Source: an uncultured Clostridia bacterium (GTDB lineage: Bacteria; Bacillota; Clostridia; TANB77; CAG-508). From it: a DNA stretch of 64,000 nucleotides. The notes below the pieces were generated by a model. It was not told the DNA's origin, ran no database searches, and was given only the letters and a program-made list of their open reading frames with translations. Positions 1-10,351 of this stretch are shown piece by piece. Numbering within the stretch: the first letter of the stretch is position 1; each line of letters opens with the position of its first letter. Location: the NCBI GenBank assembly GCA_934140005.1, contig CAKPBB010000005.1:3011-67010 (forward strand), in the 5' to 3' direction. A program made the translations under genes and the position numbers.

Positions 1-21
1 ACTATAAAGGAGGCTTATACT

Positions 22-267
22 ATGGACGACCAAAGTTTAATGGAAAAAGAACTTTTAATTATAAAAGGTGTATGTGATTTGTATATGCATGGTGCTATTG
101 AATCATCAACTGCTGAAGTTCACGAAGCTTTTAAAGAAGCACTTAATGAAAGTTTAGATATACAAAATAAAATATATAATATGATGGCTGATAAAGGTTG
201 GTATAAAACACAACCTGCTGAACAAACTAAAATCGATTGTGTGAAACAAAAATTCTCACAAAATTAG
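22..267 (+). CDS. CotF-family small spore coat protein
   Basis: 81-aa ORF with AAGGAGG 8 nt upstream of the ATG. The pattern LYMHGAIESSTAEVHEAFKEAL...DKGWY resembles Coat_F domain proteins. Confidence 0.65.
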   Translation: MDDQSLMEKELLIIKGVCDLYMHGAIESSTAEVHEAFKEALNESLDIQNKIYNMMADKGWYKTQPAEQTKIDCVKQKFSQN

Positions 268-295
268 GATTTTATATATTAGTTTCTAATATACG

Positions 296-322
296 CAAAA
301 ATGGCGGGTCTTTCGACTCGCC
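296..322 (-). terminator. GC-rich hairpin terminator downstream of the 375..839 gene
   Basis: Read on the minus strand: GGCGAGTC-GAAA-GACCCGCC stem-loop (303..322) followed by ATTTTTG. Confidence 0.55.
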
Positions 323-374
323 ACTTTTGCCATCTTTAGGGAACTCTCCCTACTTTTTTTGCTTTGCCAGAAAA

Positions 375-839
375 TTAGAACATGTCTACCACCATCTCCA
401 CATTGTTTTTGGAGCACCAATCACGATAGCCACCAAAAAGAATATGGTTCAGGAACTCTCGCGCCTTCCCCTGTTTGGGTACAAATTGCTTCTGATAAAG
501 CTCCCATCCAAACATTTCTTTGTACACATCCTCGCGTACATGGAGCTTGTTATTCGGATCAAAAATCCAACCATCTTTTACAAGTACCAGATGTGCCGTT
601 TTTTGACCATCTTCTTTGTCAATAGCACCAAATGCTAATCTAGCATCTTTGGTATACTGCCCATATGCTATTGCTGTTACGAAGCACTTGTCTGTGCTAT
701 CATCATTGATCAAAATTTTGTACAATTGGTACCGGTACGAAGCCAACATAGACCACGTATCAGCTGTTACGATTGGTCCTACCGAACCTTGCACAGCATC
801 TTTGCCATATCTACGTTCAATTTTTTCTCTAGTCAACAT
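375..839 (-). CDS. hypothetical protein (154 aa), compositionally foreign
   Basis: ORF 375..992 trimmed to the internal ATG (MLTREKIERRYGK...), which has GAAAGGA 6 nt upstream. G+C is visibly higher than in the flanks. No family recognised. Confidence 0.6.
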   Translation of the reverse strand: MLTREKIERRYGKDAVQGSVGPIVTADTWSMLASYRYQLYKILINDDSTDKCFVTAIAYGQYTKDARLAFGAIDKEDGQKTAHLVLVKDGWIFDPNNKLHVREDVYKEMFGWELYQKQFVPKQGKAREFLNHILFGGYRDWCSKNNVEMVVDMF

Positions 840-1004
840 AATAAGTCCTTTCTGGCCAAAGCCAAAACAAAAAATTTGTATAAACGTACATAAAAAAATT
901 ATAACACATAATTTACATAATGTCAAAAGCAATATTTGTAAAATTCCATAATAAATTTCGCAAACATTGCTTTTATTTAACATCAAACTCAATATATAAT
1001 TTTC

Positions 1005-2825
1005 CTACATATTTTCAAAGAATTTATCAAATTCTTCTGCTGTAATTTTTTCTTTTTCTAATAAAGTTTGAGCAACAGCATCTAATATGTCCATATGTTC
1101 AGATAAAATCTTTTGAGCTGTTATATATGCATTATCTATTAAAATTTTGATTTGATTTCCTACTTCATCTATTACATCTTCACCAAAAATTTGTAATTCA
1201 TAAGGGTCATCAACTTTTAAAGAAACTGGTCCTAAACTATCACTCATACCATATACTGTAAGCATATCTTTTGCAATTCCAGTTGCAACTTCTATATCAT
1301 TGCTAGCACCTGTTGAAATTTCGTTTAGAGCTATTTTTTCTGCTGCTCTACCACCCATTAAAGCAACCATTTTTTCCAATAATTCTGTTTTTGATACATA
1401 GAACTTATCTTCATTAGTCTTATACATTGTGTATCCACCAGCAACACCTCTTGGAATTATAGAAACCTCTTTTACATCTGTTTGTGTTTCCAAGAATTTA
1501 CTTACTATTGCATGTCCAGCTTCATGATATGCTGTTAGTTTCTTATCTTTATCAGAAATTACTCTATTATGTTTTTCTAATCCAACCGTTATCTTCTTTA
1601 CTGCATCTTCAATATCTAGATTTGAGATACTTTTATGTTTTCTTCTTGTAGCAATGATTGCAGCTTCATTTAATACATTAGCAAGTTCAGCTCCTGTAAA
1701 TCCTGCTGTATCTCCCGCAATACCTTTAAAGTCTATATCGTCATCAAATTTCTTGTTTTTAGCATGTAATTTTAAAATTTCTTCTCTACCATTTAAATCT
1801 GGTGCAGGAACTGTTATTTGTCTATCAAATCTTCCTGGTCTTAAAAGAGCTTTGTCTAGCATTTCTGGTCTATTTGTAGCAGCTAATACTATGATTGTTT
1901 CATTACTTTCAAAACCATCCATCTCAACTAAAAGTTGATTTAAAGTTTGATTATTTTCTGTTTCAGCACCACTATTGCTTGTTCTTCTTGAACCAATAGC
2001 ATCTATTTCATCAATAAAAATTATACATGGTGCCATTTTCTTAGCTTTTTCAAATAATTTTCTTACTCTTGATGCTCCAAGTCCAGCAAACATTTCAATA
2101 AATTCAGAACCACTCATTGAAATAAATGGTACTCCAGCTTCACCAGCAATAGCTTTAGCAATTAAAGTCTTACCAGTACCTGGCTTTCCATATAATAAAA
2201 TTCCTCTAGGAATTTTTGCACCCATATCTAAATAAGCTTTTGGTTTTTTTAGAAAATCTACTATTTCAACCAACTCATTTTTTTCTTCATCAAGACCTGC
2301 AACATCATCAAATTTTATGTTAGTTTTTTTATTTTCTTCACCACCGTATATTTTGCCATTATCTCCACCAAGACCTTGCATTTTAAACATCATAATTATT
2401 AAAGCAAGCAATAAAATTGTTGGTAGCATTGAAAATACTGTATCCATAATTTTTAATGCTGGATTAACTGATTCTTGAGTTAAATCTATTTTCAATCCAT
2501 CTTTATCAACTTTTTCTTGTACTAATTCAATAAAAGCTTGAATATTAGGAACTAATACATTTTTTTGTCTATCCTTTTCTTCTCCTTCACCTTTCATTGT
2601 TACTGTTATTGAATTACTTCCAGTTGTCATTTTTATTTTTTCGACTTTATCTTCATTTATTGTTTCGATTAATTCTGTATAAGCTAACTTTTTTTCTTCA
2701 TTTTTACTATTATATTTATTTATAATGTAAATTGAACCTATAACAACAACAATTGCCAATAAAATTCCTAAAATAAATTGCCAAACAGGAATTTTATTAT
2801 TTTTCTTATTGTTTTTATCTTCCAT
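1005..2825 (-). CDS. ftsH: ATP-dependent zinc metalloprotease FtsH
   Basis: 606 aa with an N-terminal TM anchor, AAA+ Walker A GKPGTGKT and zinc motif HEAGHA. Confidence 0.95.
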   Translation of the reverse strand: MEDKNNKKNNKIPVWQFILGILLAIVVVIGSIYIINKYNSKNEEKKLAYTELIETINEDKVEKIKMTTGSNSITVTMKGEGEEKDRQKNVLVPNIQAFIELVQEKVDKDGLKIDLTQESVNPALKIMDTVFSMLPTILLLALIIMMFKMQGLGGDNGKIYGGEENKKTNIKFDDVAGLDEEKNELVEIVDFLKKPKAYLDMGAKIPRGILLYGKPGTGKTLIAKAIAGEAGVPFISMSGSEFIEMFAGLGASRVRKLFEKAKKMAPCIIFIDEIDAIGSRRTSNSGAETENNQTLNQLLVEMDGFESNETIIVLAATNRPEMLDKALLRPGRFDRQITVPAPDLNGREEILKLHAKNKKFDDDIDFKGIAGDTAGFTGAELANVLNEAAIIATRRKHKSISNLDIEDAVKKITVGLEKHNRVISDKDKKLTAYHEAGHAIVSKFLETQTDVKEVSIIPRGVAGGYTMYKTNEDKFYVSKTELLEKMVALMGGRAAEKIALNEISTGASNDIEVATGIAKDMLTVYGMSDSLGPVSLKVDDPYELQIFGEDVIDEVGNQIKILIDNAYITAQKILSEHMDILDAVAQTLLEKEKITAEEFDKFFENM

Positions 2826-2852
2826 TTATTAATCCTTCCTTTCTATAAAATA

Positions 2853-3866
2853 CTATATTTCTGAACCATCTGGTTCTGTATTTGCTGGTTCTTCTTCCTT
2901 ATTATCTTCATTTTCTTTTTGCTTTTCATCATCTTTTTGCTTTTTCTTTTCTTCATCTTTTTCTTTTTGTTCTTGCAATTCTTTTGCTACTTCTTTTTGA
3001 ACTTCAACTATTTTTTGTAATTCCACTTTTTGTTTTAACAAGTCTGACTTTATGATAAATATTGCTGAAACAACATAAATATAAGCTATTAGTAAATACA
3101 ATGTATCAAAATATGGAATTTCAAATTGTACAAAATAATTTACAAAATTATACACAAAGCCTAAAATTATTGATAATGTAATTGAGTATACTGAAATATT
3201 AAAAACATTTCCAGCATTTAATGGAACTGAAATAAATTTACACATTAAATATCCAAATATAAATAATAGTATAATATTCATTCCAACACTTACTATTTCA
3301 GTAAAATATAAGCTTAATCCAGTAACTCCAAACATTGAAGCACCAAGTTTTAATATTCCATTATTATTAAGTGCATCAACAACTTTTTCTTTATTTAAAG
3401 AATCCAAGTTCAAATTTGAATTTAAGGTTGAATAAGTAAATTCATTAAATATATTGTTTGTACTTAAAATTGCTTTATTAGACAATAAAATTAATGAAAT
3501 TTTTGCATCGGCTGCTTTATTTTTATATTTATTTAGCTCATTTTCTGAAATATCTTCCGTATTTGCTACAAAATAAAAATTTTCTTCTTCATCATAAGCT
3601 TCTTGAACTTCTGAAAAACTTAATTTATCATTTTCAAAATTAAATTCAACTAAGTAATTTTTTATAAAATTTTCAGCCTTTTTAGCTAAATTTGTAAATG
3701 AAATAGTCATCATTATTGTTAATATCAATGAAATTATCAAAATCAATGTAAGCATATATTTTATTGCAATACTTGGTTTTTCTTCAATAAAATCACCATA
3801 TTTCTCAACTTTAAATACTGCATATTGAACTCTACTAAAAAAATTTTTTGACTTGTTTTTTTCCAT
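2853..3866 (-). CDS. DUF1189-like polytopic membrane protein with Lys/Glu-rich C-terminal tail
   Basis: 337 aa. The N-terminus FFSRVQYAVFKVEKYGDFIEEKPSIAIKYML is followed by several hydrophobic helices, as in YvdJ/DUF1189 proteins. Tail is EQKEKDEEKKKQKDDEKQKENEDNKEEE. Confidence 0.5.
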   Translation of the reverse strand: MEKNKSKNFFSRVQYAVFKVEKYGDFIEEKPSIAIKYMLTLILIISLILTIMMTISFTNLAKKAENFIKNYLVEFNFENDKLSFSEVQEAYDEEENFYFVANTEDISENELNKYKNKAADAKISLILLSNKAILSTNNIFNEFTYSTLNSNLNLDSLNKEKVVDALNNNGILKLGASMFGVTGLSLYFTEIVSVGMNIILLFIFGYLMCKFISVPLNAGNVFNISVYSITLSIILGFVYNFVNYFVQFEIPYFDTLYLLIAYIYVVSAIFIIKSDLLKQKVELQKIVEVQKEVAKELQEQKEKDEEKKKQKDDEKQKENEDNKEEEPANTEPDGSEI

Positions 3867-4980
3867 CTAAATATACTCCCTTTTTATATTTTCACTAGCT
3901 TGTAGTGGTGTAATATCTAGTATAACTTCTGTATCCTCTTTAATATCAGTACCAGTTATATCTATAACTGCATGATACATTCCTAATCTGCCTATAATTG
4001 GATATTTTTTACCATCAATAGTTGCTTTCAAATTATTATCTTTAAATAATTTTTTTATTTCTATTAAAATAGATATTATATTATCTTTCAAAGAAAAACT
4101 ATCTCTGGCATTCTTTCTATTAAGTCCGTCCATATATCCAACTGGCACAATTGCAATTTTAGAATTTTTCTTCACTCTATATTCATTGCTATAACTTATA
4201 TTATATCCTTTTGGAACATTTTTTATCTCTATTATAGAAGTTTTAAAAGTACCTATTTTTTTAAGCCCTGTTCCATTTAATAATGTTCTACCTTGAAATG
4301 CTGACCCAATTCTTACAGCATTTAAATACATATAATTGTATTTTAGAAAAGCTGTGCTCTCACAAGCATGTAACATTCCCGGCTCATATCCAGCTTTTCT
4401 TACAGCTTCTATAACAGATAAAAATCTATCAAATTGCTTCCTTGTCCACTTTTCATCAATTGGTTTTGAAAAATGTGTATACATTCCAGATATTCGAACC
4501 ATTTTATTTAATTTAAACAGTTCTAAGATTTCATCTATTTGAGTATATAGAAAACCGTATCTTCCAAAACCAGTATCTATTTTTATTTGAACTTCTATAT
4601 CTTGATTATATTTTTTAGCAATTTCTTTAGCAAGATTTAATTTTTCTATACTATCAATTGTAAGAATTATATTATTGTTAATCAATTGTTTCAATTCTTT
4701 TTTATTGCAAACTGGTGTTAACATTAAAATTTTTTCTTGTATTCCTGCTTTTCTTAATATTTCAGCTTCTTCAACATTAGCAACTGCAAGCATTGTTATT
4801 CCATTATTTAGTAAGGTTTTAGCATATTCAACTAGCCCGCAAGCCCATTCCATTTGCTTTAACAACACCAATCACTTTTAATTTTTTTCCGTCATCATTT
4901 TTACCAAATTTATTTGCTCTATTTAATATTATTGAAATATTATTCTTTAAATCTTTTCGACTTATTTCTAATTTTTTCAT
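3867..4980 (-). pseudogene. alanine racemase-family PLP enzyme, frame interrupted by a 1-nt insertion near 4839-4842
   Basis: The ATG at 4980 opens 50 codons, MKKLEISRKDLKNN...KVIGVVKANGMGLRAS* (stop 4828-4830), which carry the VVKAN PLP-lysine motif. The rest (..GLVEYAKTLLNNGITMLAVANVEEAEILRKAGI.., 3867..4871) continues in another frame. Confidence 0.75.
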
Positions 4981-4983
4981 ATT

Positions 4984-6042
4984 TTATTTTCCTAAAATTT
5001 TCTTTTTAAAAGACCTCAATGTTCTAAATGCTTTTTCAGCCATCTTATACATTTTATAAGTCAATGGTTTATATGGAATATAGATTTCTCCAATAAATTC
5101 TGTAAACTCTGCATTAAATCCCTTTTTAAATCTATATAAACCATATTGTGGGTGATTTTCATCTACAACTCCAGAAACACCTCTAAAATCATATACATCA
5201 CACTTTCTTTCAATTGCTTCTTGTATCATTGTCCATTGTAATAAATAATTTGGCATTAAGTTTCTATGACTATTGCTACTAGCTCCATACAAATACCAAA
5301 CTTTATTACCATACATTATAGGTATAATTCCGGCAATAGGTTGTCCATTTGAATATGCCATAAGTAGCTTCATATGTCCATTAGGTACTAATTCATCATA
5401 CATTTTTTCAAAATATGATAAAGATCTAATTATGAAATCATCTCTTTTTCCTGTTTCTACCATTATTCTATGAAAATCTTTTAAATCTTCTCTAGTACCT
5501 TCTTTTACTTCAACACCTTTTTTTATAGCAAGTCTTATATTATATCTTGTTTTTGAATGAAAGTTTGCAAAGATTTCATCTTCTGTTTTATCTTTTATAT
5601 CTAATCTAAATACAAATCTTGGTTGTATTTCATCTTTAAAATCTTTGCTATCATCTTTTATTTCAAAACCAACTTTAGTAATAAGATCTCTAAATATTGT
5701 ATCTTCTTTCTTTATGTCTGGTTCAATTCTAAGAACAAAAGCATTATATTTTTTTGCAAGAAGATTTGCACCTTCTACAATATCTTGTAAAACTTCTTCA
5801 TTATGAATATCACAAACTGGTCCTCTTGCAGAATACATTATATTTCCAAACAAAGGAATTTTTCTAATCCATACACACAAAGAACCTCTAATATTTCCTT
5901 CTTTATCTTCTGAAAGTATAACTTCCTTTATCCAATTTGTTTTTACATTTCCCCATTCAAGAGATTGTTGAAAATTACATCTTTCGTGTCTTTCAAGAAA
6001 TTCTGTATACCTCTTTTTGTCTTTTTCCTCTAACAATTTCAT
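4984..6042 (-). CDS. FemAB-family peptidoglycan interpeptide-bridge aminoacyltransferase
   Basis: 352 aa. FQQSLEWGNVK, SARGPV, YLYGASS..MPNYLLQW and YDFRG blocks are typical of FemX/FemAB tRNA-dependent transferases. Confidence 0.85.
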   Translation of the reverse strand: MKLLEEKDKKRYTEFLERHERCNFQQSLEWGNVKTNWIKEVILSEDKEGNIRGSLCVWIRKIPLFGNIMYSARGPVCDIHNEEVLQDIVEGANLLAKKYNAFVLRIEPDIKKEDTIFRDLITKVGFEIKDDSKDFKDEIQPRFVFRLDIKDKTEDEIFANFHSKTRYNIRLAIKKGVEVKEGTREDLKDFHRIMVETGKRDDFIIRSLSYFEKMYDELVPNGHMKLLMAYSNGQPIAGIIPIMYGNKVWYLYGASSNSHRNLMPNYLLQWTMIQEAIERKCDVYDFRGVSGVVDENHPQYGLYRFKKGFNAEFTEFIGEIYIPYKPLTYKMYKMAEKAFRTLRSFKKKILGK

Positions 6043-6064
6043 TTTATCTTTTCTTCCTCCAAAA

Positions 6065-7447
6065 TTACTTTTCTATTATTGTACCTTCTTTACTATCTTT
6101 TACAGTATATCCTTTTGTTATTAAAATATCTCTTATTCTATCAGATTCAGCCCAATTTTTATTAGTTCTAGCTTCATTTCTTTGATTTACTAGTTCTTGA
6201 ATATCTTCTGGAATTTCATTTTCTTCTTTTTGATAATTTTTCAAATCTAAACCTAATACTTCATCAAATTTTAATAATAAATTTTGATAATCTTTAGATT
6301 TATTTGGCTTTCTAATAATATCCCAAACAATGCTCATCGCCATTGGCATATTTAAATCATCATTTATTGCTTCATGAAATCTATTTTCTAGTTCAGAAAG
6401 CTCTTCTTCTGAAACTTTTTCAGTACCTTCACTATGTTTTAAATATCCCTCTCTTAATCTACTAAGTGCTGTTTTAGCAGCATCCATAGCTTCCCAAGTA
6501 AAGTTTATTTTATTTCTATAATTTGAAGTAAAATTAAACATTCTATAAGTTAATGGTTCATATCCTTTTTCTTTTAAATCTTCTAGTGTATATAAGTTAT
6601 TTAAGCTTTTTGACATTTTTCCACCATTTACAGTTAAGAAATTAACATGCATCCAAAATCTTGCTGGAATTTTTCCACAAAATCCTTGAGCTTGCGCAAT
6701 TTCATTTTCATGATGAATTGGAATATGATCTATTCCACCAGTATGAATGTCAAACTCTTCTCCTAAATATTTATATCCCATTGCAGAACACTCTAAATGC
6801 CAACCTGGATAACATTTTCCAAAGAATGTATCCCATTTCATAATATGATTTTCTGGTGCTTTTATCCAAAGTGCAAAATCAGAAATATTTTTCTTATTTT
6901 GATCAAAATCAACCCTTGCTCCAGCCTTTTGGTCCTCTATTTTTTTACCTGATAAAATTCCATAATTTTTTAATTTTGAAGTATCAAAATAAATTGTATC
7001 ATCAGTTTGATATGTATATCCATTTTCAATTATTTTCTTAACATATTGTTCCATAACATCAATATGTTCTGTTGCTCTTGCAATTATTTCTGGTCTGTCT
7101 ATATTCAACTTATCAATATCTTTTAGAAATGCTTTCATGTAGAACTCTGCTATTTCATAAGGATTTTTATTTTCTCTTCTAGCTGCTTTTAACATTTTGT
7201 CTTCACCTTCGTCAGCATCAGAAACTAAATGTCCAACATCAGTAATATTCATCACATGTTTTAGAGTATATCCATTATATTTTAAAACTCTTCTTAATGT
7301 ATCCATAAACAAATATGCTCTTAAATTTCCTATATGTGCAAAATAATACACAGTTGGTCCACAAGTGTACATTCTAACTTCATTGCCTTTTAATGGCTCA
7401 AATTCTTGCTTTTCTTTAGTTAATGTATTATAGAAATATAATTTCAA
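6065..7447 (-). CDS. cysS: cysteine--tRNA ligase
   Basis: 460 aa with MYTCGPTVY..AHIGNLR (HIGH motif), KMSKS and a C-terminal anticodon-binding region. Confidence 0.95.
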   Translation of the reverse strand: MKLYFYNTLTKEKQEFEPLKGNEVRMYTCGPTVYYFAHIGNLRAYLFMDTLRRVLKYNGYTLKHVMNITDVGHLVSDADEGEDKMLKAARRENKNPYEIAEFYMKAFLKDIDKLNIDRPEIIARATEHIDVMEQYVKKIIENGYTYQTDDTIYFDTSKLKNYGILSGKKIEDQKAGARVDFDQNKKNISDFALWIKAPENHIMKWDTFFGKCYPGWHLECSAMGYKYLGEEFDIHTGGIDHIPIHHENEIAQAQGFCGKIPARFWMHVNFLTVNGGKMSKSLNNLYTLEDLKEKGYEPLTYRMFNFTSNYRNKINFTWEAMDAAKTALSRLREGYLKHSEGTEKVSEEELSELENRFHEAINDDLNMPMAMSIVWDIIRKPNKSKDYQNLLLKFDEVLGLDLKNYQKEENEIPEDIQELVNQRNEARTNKNWAESDRIRDILITKGYTVKDSKEGTIIEK

Positions 7448-7486
7448 AGTTTTTCTCCTTTTTTTAGATTTATATATAATTTTAAT

Positions 7487-7519
7487 ATATTAGGAAAGTC
7501 TTAAAGACTTTCCTAATAT
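7487..7519 (-). terminator. intrinsic terminator after the PBP gene
   Basis: 14-bp perfect stem ATATTAGGAAAGTC / GACTTTCCTAATAT with a 5-nt loop, 11 nt downstream of the stop at 7530. Confidence 0.7.
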
Positions 7520-7529
7520 TTATAAAAAG

Positions 7530-10190
7530 TTAAGTTTCATCTGTGTCTGTTGTGGTATTAGTAGTATTTGTCGTGTTTGATGTATTACTTGTATTTGTTG
7601 TATTATTTGTTTTATTGGTATTAGTTGTATTAGTTGTATTGCTTGTATTTGTTGTATTATTTGGTTTATTGGTATTGGTTGTATTAGTAGTATTCGTTGT
7701 ATTTGCTGTATTGCTTGTATTTGGCTTTGTATTTGGATTTTTCTCTGGTTCTTTTTCTGGCTGTTTTTCTGGTTCTTTGTTAGGTTTTGTTTCGGCCGGT
7801 TTTGTATGAATTGTACAAGTTTCTGTTGGAATATTGTATTCACCATTATAGTTAGTTGACCATCTTCCATTTTTTTCTTCTGGTGGTAATTCTGAATATG
7901 TTCTTTCTTCAGTTTCTGGACAATATTCATTTGCTATTTTATTTGTTTCTGTACAAATTTTTAATTTTGTATGTCCTTCACATGTTGCTGGAACACTACC
8001 TTTTACAAATACTTCTGGATAAGCCTCTGAGCAACTTCCACCTGCTACTTTTCCAGTTTTATTACATATTGCTGCTACAACTATATTTTCTGGTTCTTCA
8101 AACTCTTTTCCTTCTAATCCTTTATGAATATCAGTCATTACAGCATCCCAAATTTTTCCTGCTGGATTTCCTGAAAATACAACCTTTTCACTATATTCAT
8201 ATCCATACCAAGTTGCTGCTGTATAATAAGGAGTAAATCCACAAAGCCATCTATCAAAATTATCATTTGTTGTACCTGTTTTAGCTGCAACATCCATTCC
8301 AGCAATTTTACAATATGTTGCTGTACCATTAGCTCCTGTAACTGGTGCAGTTAAAATACTTTTTTCAATAAATGCATTTTCTTTTGACATTACTTGCTCT
8401 GAATCTTGTTTTGCTTCTAATATTACATTTCCACTTGAATCTTCTACTTTTGTATAGAATGTTGGCTCTATATATACACCATCATTTGCAATTGCAGCAT
8501 AAGCCATTGCCATTTGAAGTGATGATGCACCATCATCTAATCCACCTAAAGCTAAACTTAATCCTTCATCTTTTAATCCTGTAATTCCTACTTTTTCACA
8601 AAATTTGATTGATTTATCAACACCAATTAAAGATAAAGCTTTAACATGAGGAATATTAGCTGATATTTCAATTGCTTGACGCATACTCATAAGTCCTTTA
8701 TAACCTATATACCACTCTTTTGGAGTATATCCACCACCAAATTCTGTTGCTCCATCATAAAAAGTTGTTGCTGCTGTAATTGTTCCACTTTCTAGTCCTG
8801 GTGCAATTACTGAAATAGGTTTCATTGAAGAACCTGTTTGTTTTTTCAAACTTGTTGGCCAATTGAAATAACCTAGTTTTGTCTTCTTAAGTTCATCTTG
8901 AGTTCCTGCACCACAAGCAACTACTTGACCCGTTGTATGATCTACTATTGTCATTGTTGCCATTGATGTTTGCTTTTTACTTGGTGATTGTCTCTTATAA
9001 TCTGTACTTGTAATTACTTCTTCTACTTTATTTTGAATGTCTGTATCTTGAGTTGTATAAATCTTTAAACCACTACTATATAAATATACATCAACCATGT
9101 CGGCAGACATTCCTTTTTCTTCCATAAGTTGTTGCTTTATTTGATTTATAGCAGCTTCTGTATGATAAGAAACATCAACCGTTGTTTTAGCTCCATCACC
9201 TTGTTTGAAATTTAATCCATTATCAACATCTGCAACAGCTTGATTATATTCTTCTTCATTTTGAATATATCCAACTTCTTTCATTTTTGCTAAAACAGTC
9301 TTTGTTCTTTTCTTTATTTTCTCTGTCATTTTGTCTTTTTTCTCTTGATTACCTTCATAATCTTCAAAAGGCTTATATGTTCCTGGTGCATTATTTATAC
9401 CTGCTAAATATGCACATTCTGCCAAACTTAAATCTTTAACATCTTTATCAAAATAATATATTGCACCTAAAGCAACACCATTTATATCATTTCCACCTAT
9501 GTATATAGTATTTAAATATAATTCAAGAATTTGGCTCTTTGAAAGTATATGTTCAACTTGAATTGCTTTTGCCATTTCTTTTACTTTTCTTGTAACCCCT
9601 GCTAATGCTGTATTATCTTTTTCTTTTGTGATATTTTTTACTAATTGTTGTGTAATAGTACTACCACCAAAAGATGAATTTCCAGCATGCATTATAAAGT
9701 TCACAGTTGCATATGTTGTTCTATAAATATCCACACCTGAGTGTTCATAAAATCTTTCATCTTCGATAGCAACATAAGCTTTTGGCAAATATTCTGCCAT
9801 ATCTGATAAACTTACACATTTTCTTTTTTCTCCACTACTTAATGATGCAATTTCATTACCATTTTTATCATAAACAGTAGAATTTTCAAATTTTATAACA
9901 AGTTCATCCTCACTAATTTTTAGTTCATCTCCAAAAAGACCAAAGAATGTTCCTGCTAAAATTCCACCACCAACTATTACAAGTAACATAAATATAACTA
10001 AAAATATCTTTATGCAAGTTGCAATTCTAGGATGTCTATATTTGAATTTCTTTTTACCATTTTTTGAATTTTTTACTTTATCTGTTCCGATAACTGTTGT
10101 CTCATCTTTATTAATATTCTTTTTAGTTTTTTTATTTGTTTCTGTTGTTTTAAATCTTCGTGTTTCGCCATTTTTTCCGTTTGAACTCAT
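7530..10190 (-). CDS. class A penicillin-binding protein (glycosyltransferase/transpeptidase) with Thr/Asn-rich tail
   Basis: 886 aa with a TM anchor, GT51 motifs EDERFYEHSGVD and GGSTITQQL, and transpeptidase motifs SSMK (SxxK) and KTGT. The C-terminal ~90 aa are NTTNTSNTTNT low complexity. Confidence 0.9.
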   Translation of the reverse strand: MSSNGKNGETRRFKTTETNKKTKKNINKDETTVIGTDKVKNSKNGKKKFKYRHPRIATCIKIFLVIFMLLVIVGGGILAGTFFGLFGDELKISEDELVIKFENSTVYDKNGNEIASLSSGEKRKCVSLSDMAEYLPKAYVAIEDERFYEHSGVDIYRTTYATVNFIMHAGNSSFGGSTITQQLVKNITKEKDNTALAGVTRKVKEMAKAIQVEHILSKSQILELYLNTIYIGGNDINGVALGAIYYFDKDVKDLSLAECAYLAGINNAPGTYKPFEDYEGNQEKKDKMTEKIKKRTKTVLAKMKEVGYIQNEEEYNQAVADVDNGLNFKQGDGAKTTVDVSYHTEAAINQIKQQLMEEKGMSADMVDVYLYSSGLKIYTTQDTDIQNKVEEVITSTDYKRQSPSKKQTSMATMTIVDHTTGQVVACGAGTQDELKKTKLGYFNWPTSLKKQTGSSMKPISVIAPGLESGTITAATTFYDGATEFGGGYTPKEWYIGYKGLMSMRQAIEISANIPHVKALSLIGVDKSIKFCEKVGITGLKDEGLSLALGGLDDGASSLQMAMAYAAIANDGVYIEPTFYTKVEDSSGNVILEAKQDSEQVMSKENAFIEKSILTAPVTGANGTATYCKIAGMDVAAKTGTTNDNFDRWLCGFTPYYTAATWYGYEYSEKVVFSGNPAGKIWDAVMTDIHKGLEGKEFEEPENIVVAAICNKTGKVAGGSCSEAYPEVFVKGSVPATCEGHTKLKICTETNKIANEYCPETEERTYSELPPEEKNGRWSTNYNGEYNIPTETCTIHTKPAETKPNKEPEKQPEKEPEKNPNTKPNTSNTANTTNTTNTTNTNKPNNTTNTSNTTNTTNTNKTNNTTNTSNTSNTTNTTNTTTDTDET

Positions 10191-10351
10191 ATTTCCTCCT
10201 TTTAGTATAGTTTTAAATATACAATGGTATTATACCATAAATTTGTAAAATATAAAGCTTTTTTAATAAATTTAATAATTGTTTAAAATTTAGTTTTATA
10301 TAGCATAACTATAAGTTTTGAAATAAGCTTTCGAATATGAATAAAAAAATT

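Noticed and set aside
237-638. Plus-strand ORFs 237..638, 359..625 and 616..951 overlapping the minus-strand 375..839 gene
   Set aside because: They have no RBS and overlap each other. The minus-strand ORF has an RBS, a terminator and a more protein-like sequence.
3867-4871. ORF-track model of the racemase starting at the TTG at 4871
   Set aside because: That model omits the PLP-lysine motif, which is encoded just upstream in another frame with a proper ATG placed 4 nt after the preceding gene. A frameshifted full-length gene explains the data better.
7543-8584. Antisense and alternative-frame ORFs inside the PBP gene (7520..7930, 7543..7809, 7856..8236 and others), and similar ones inside infB (19050..19542)
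   Set aside because: They are translations of low-complexity repeat DNA (poly-Leu/Val/Ile/Gln-like strings) lying wholly within well-supported genes.
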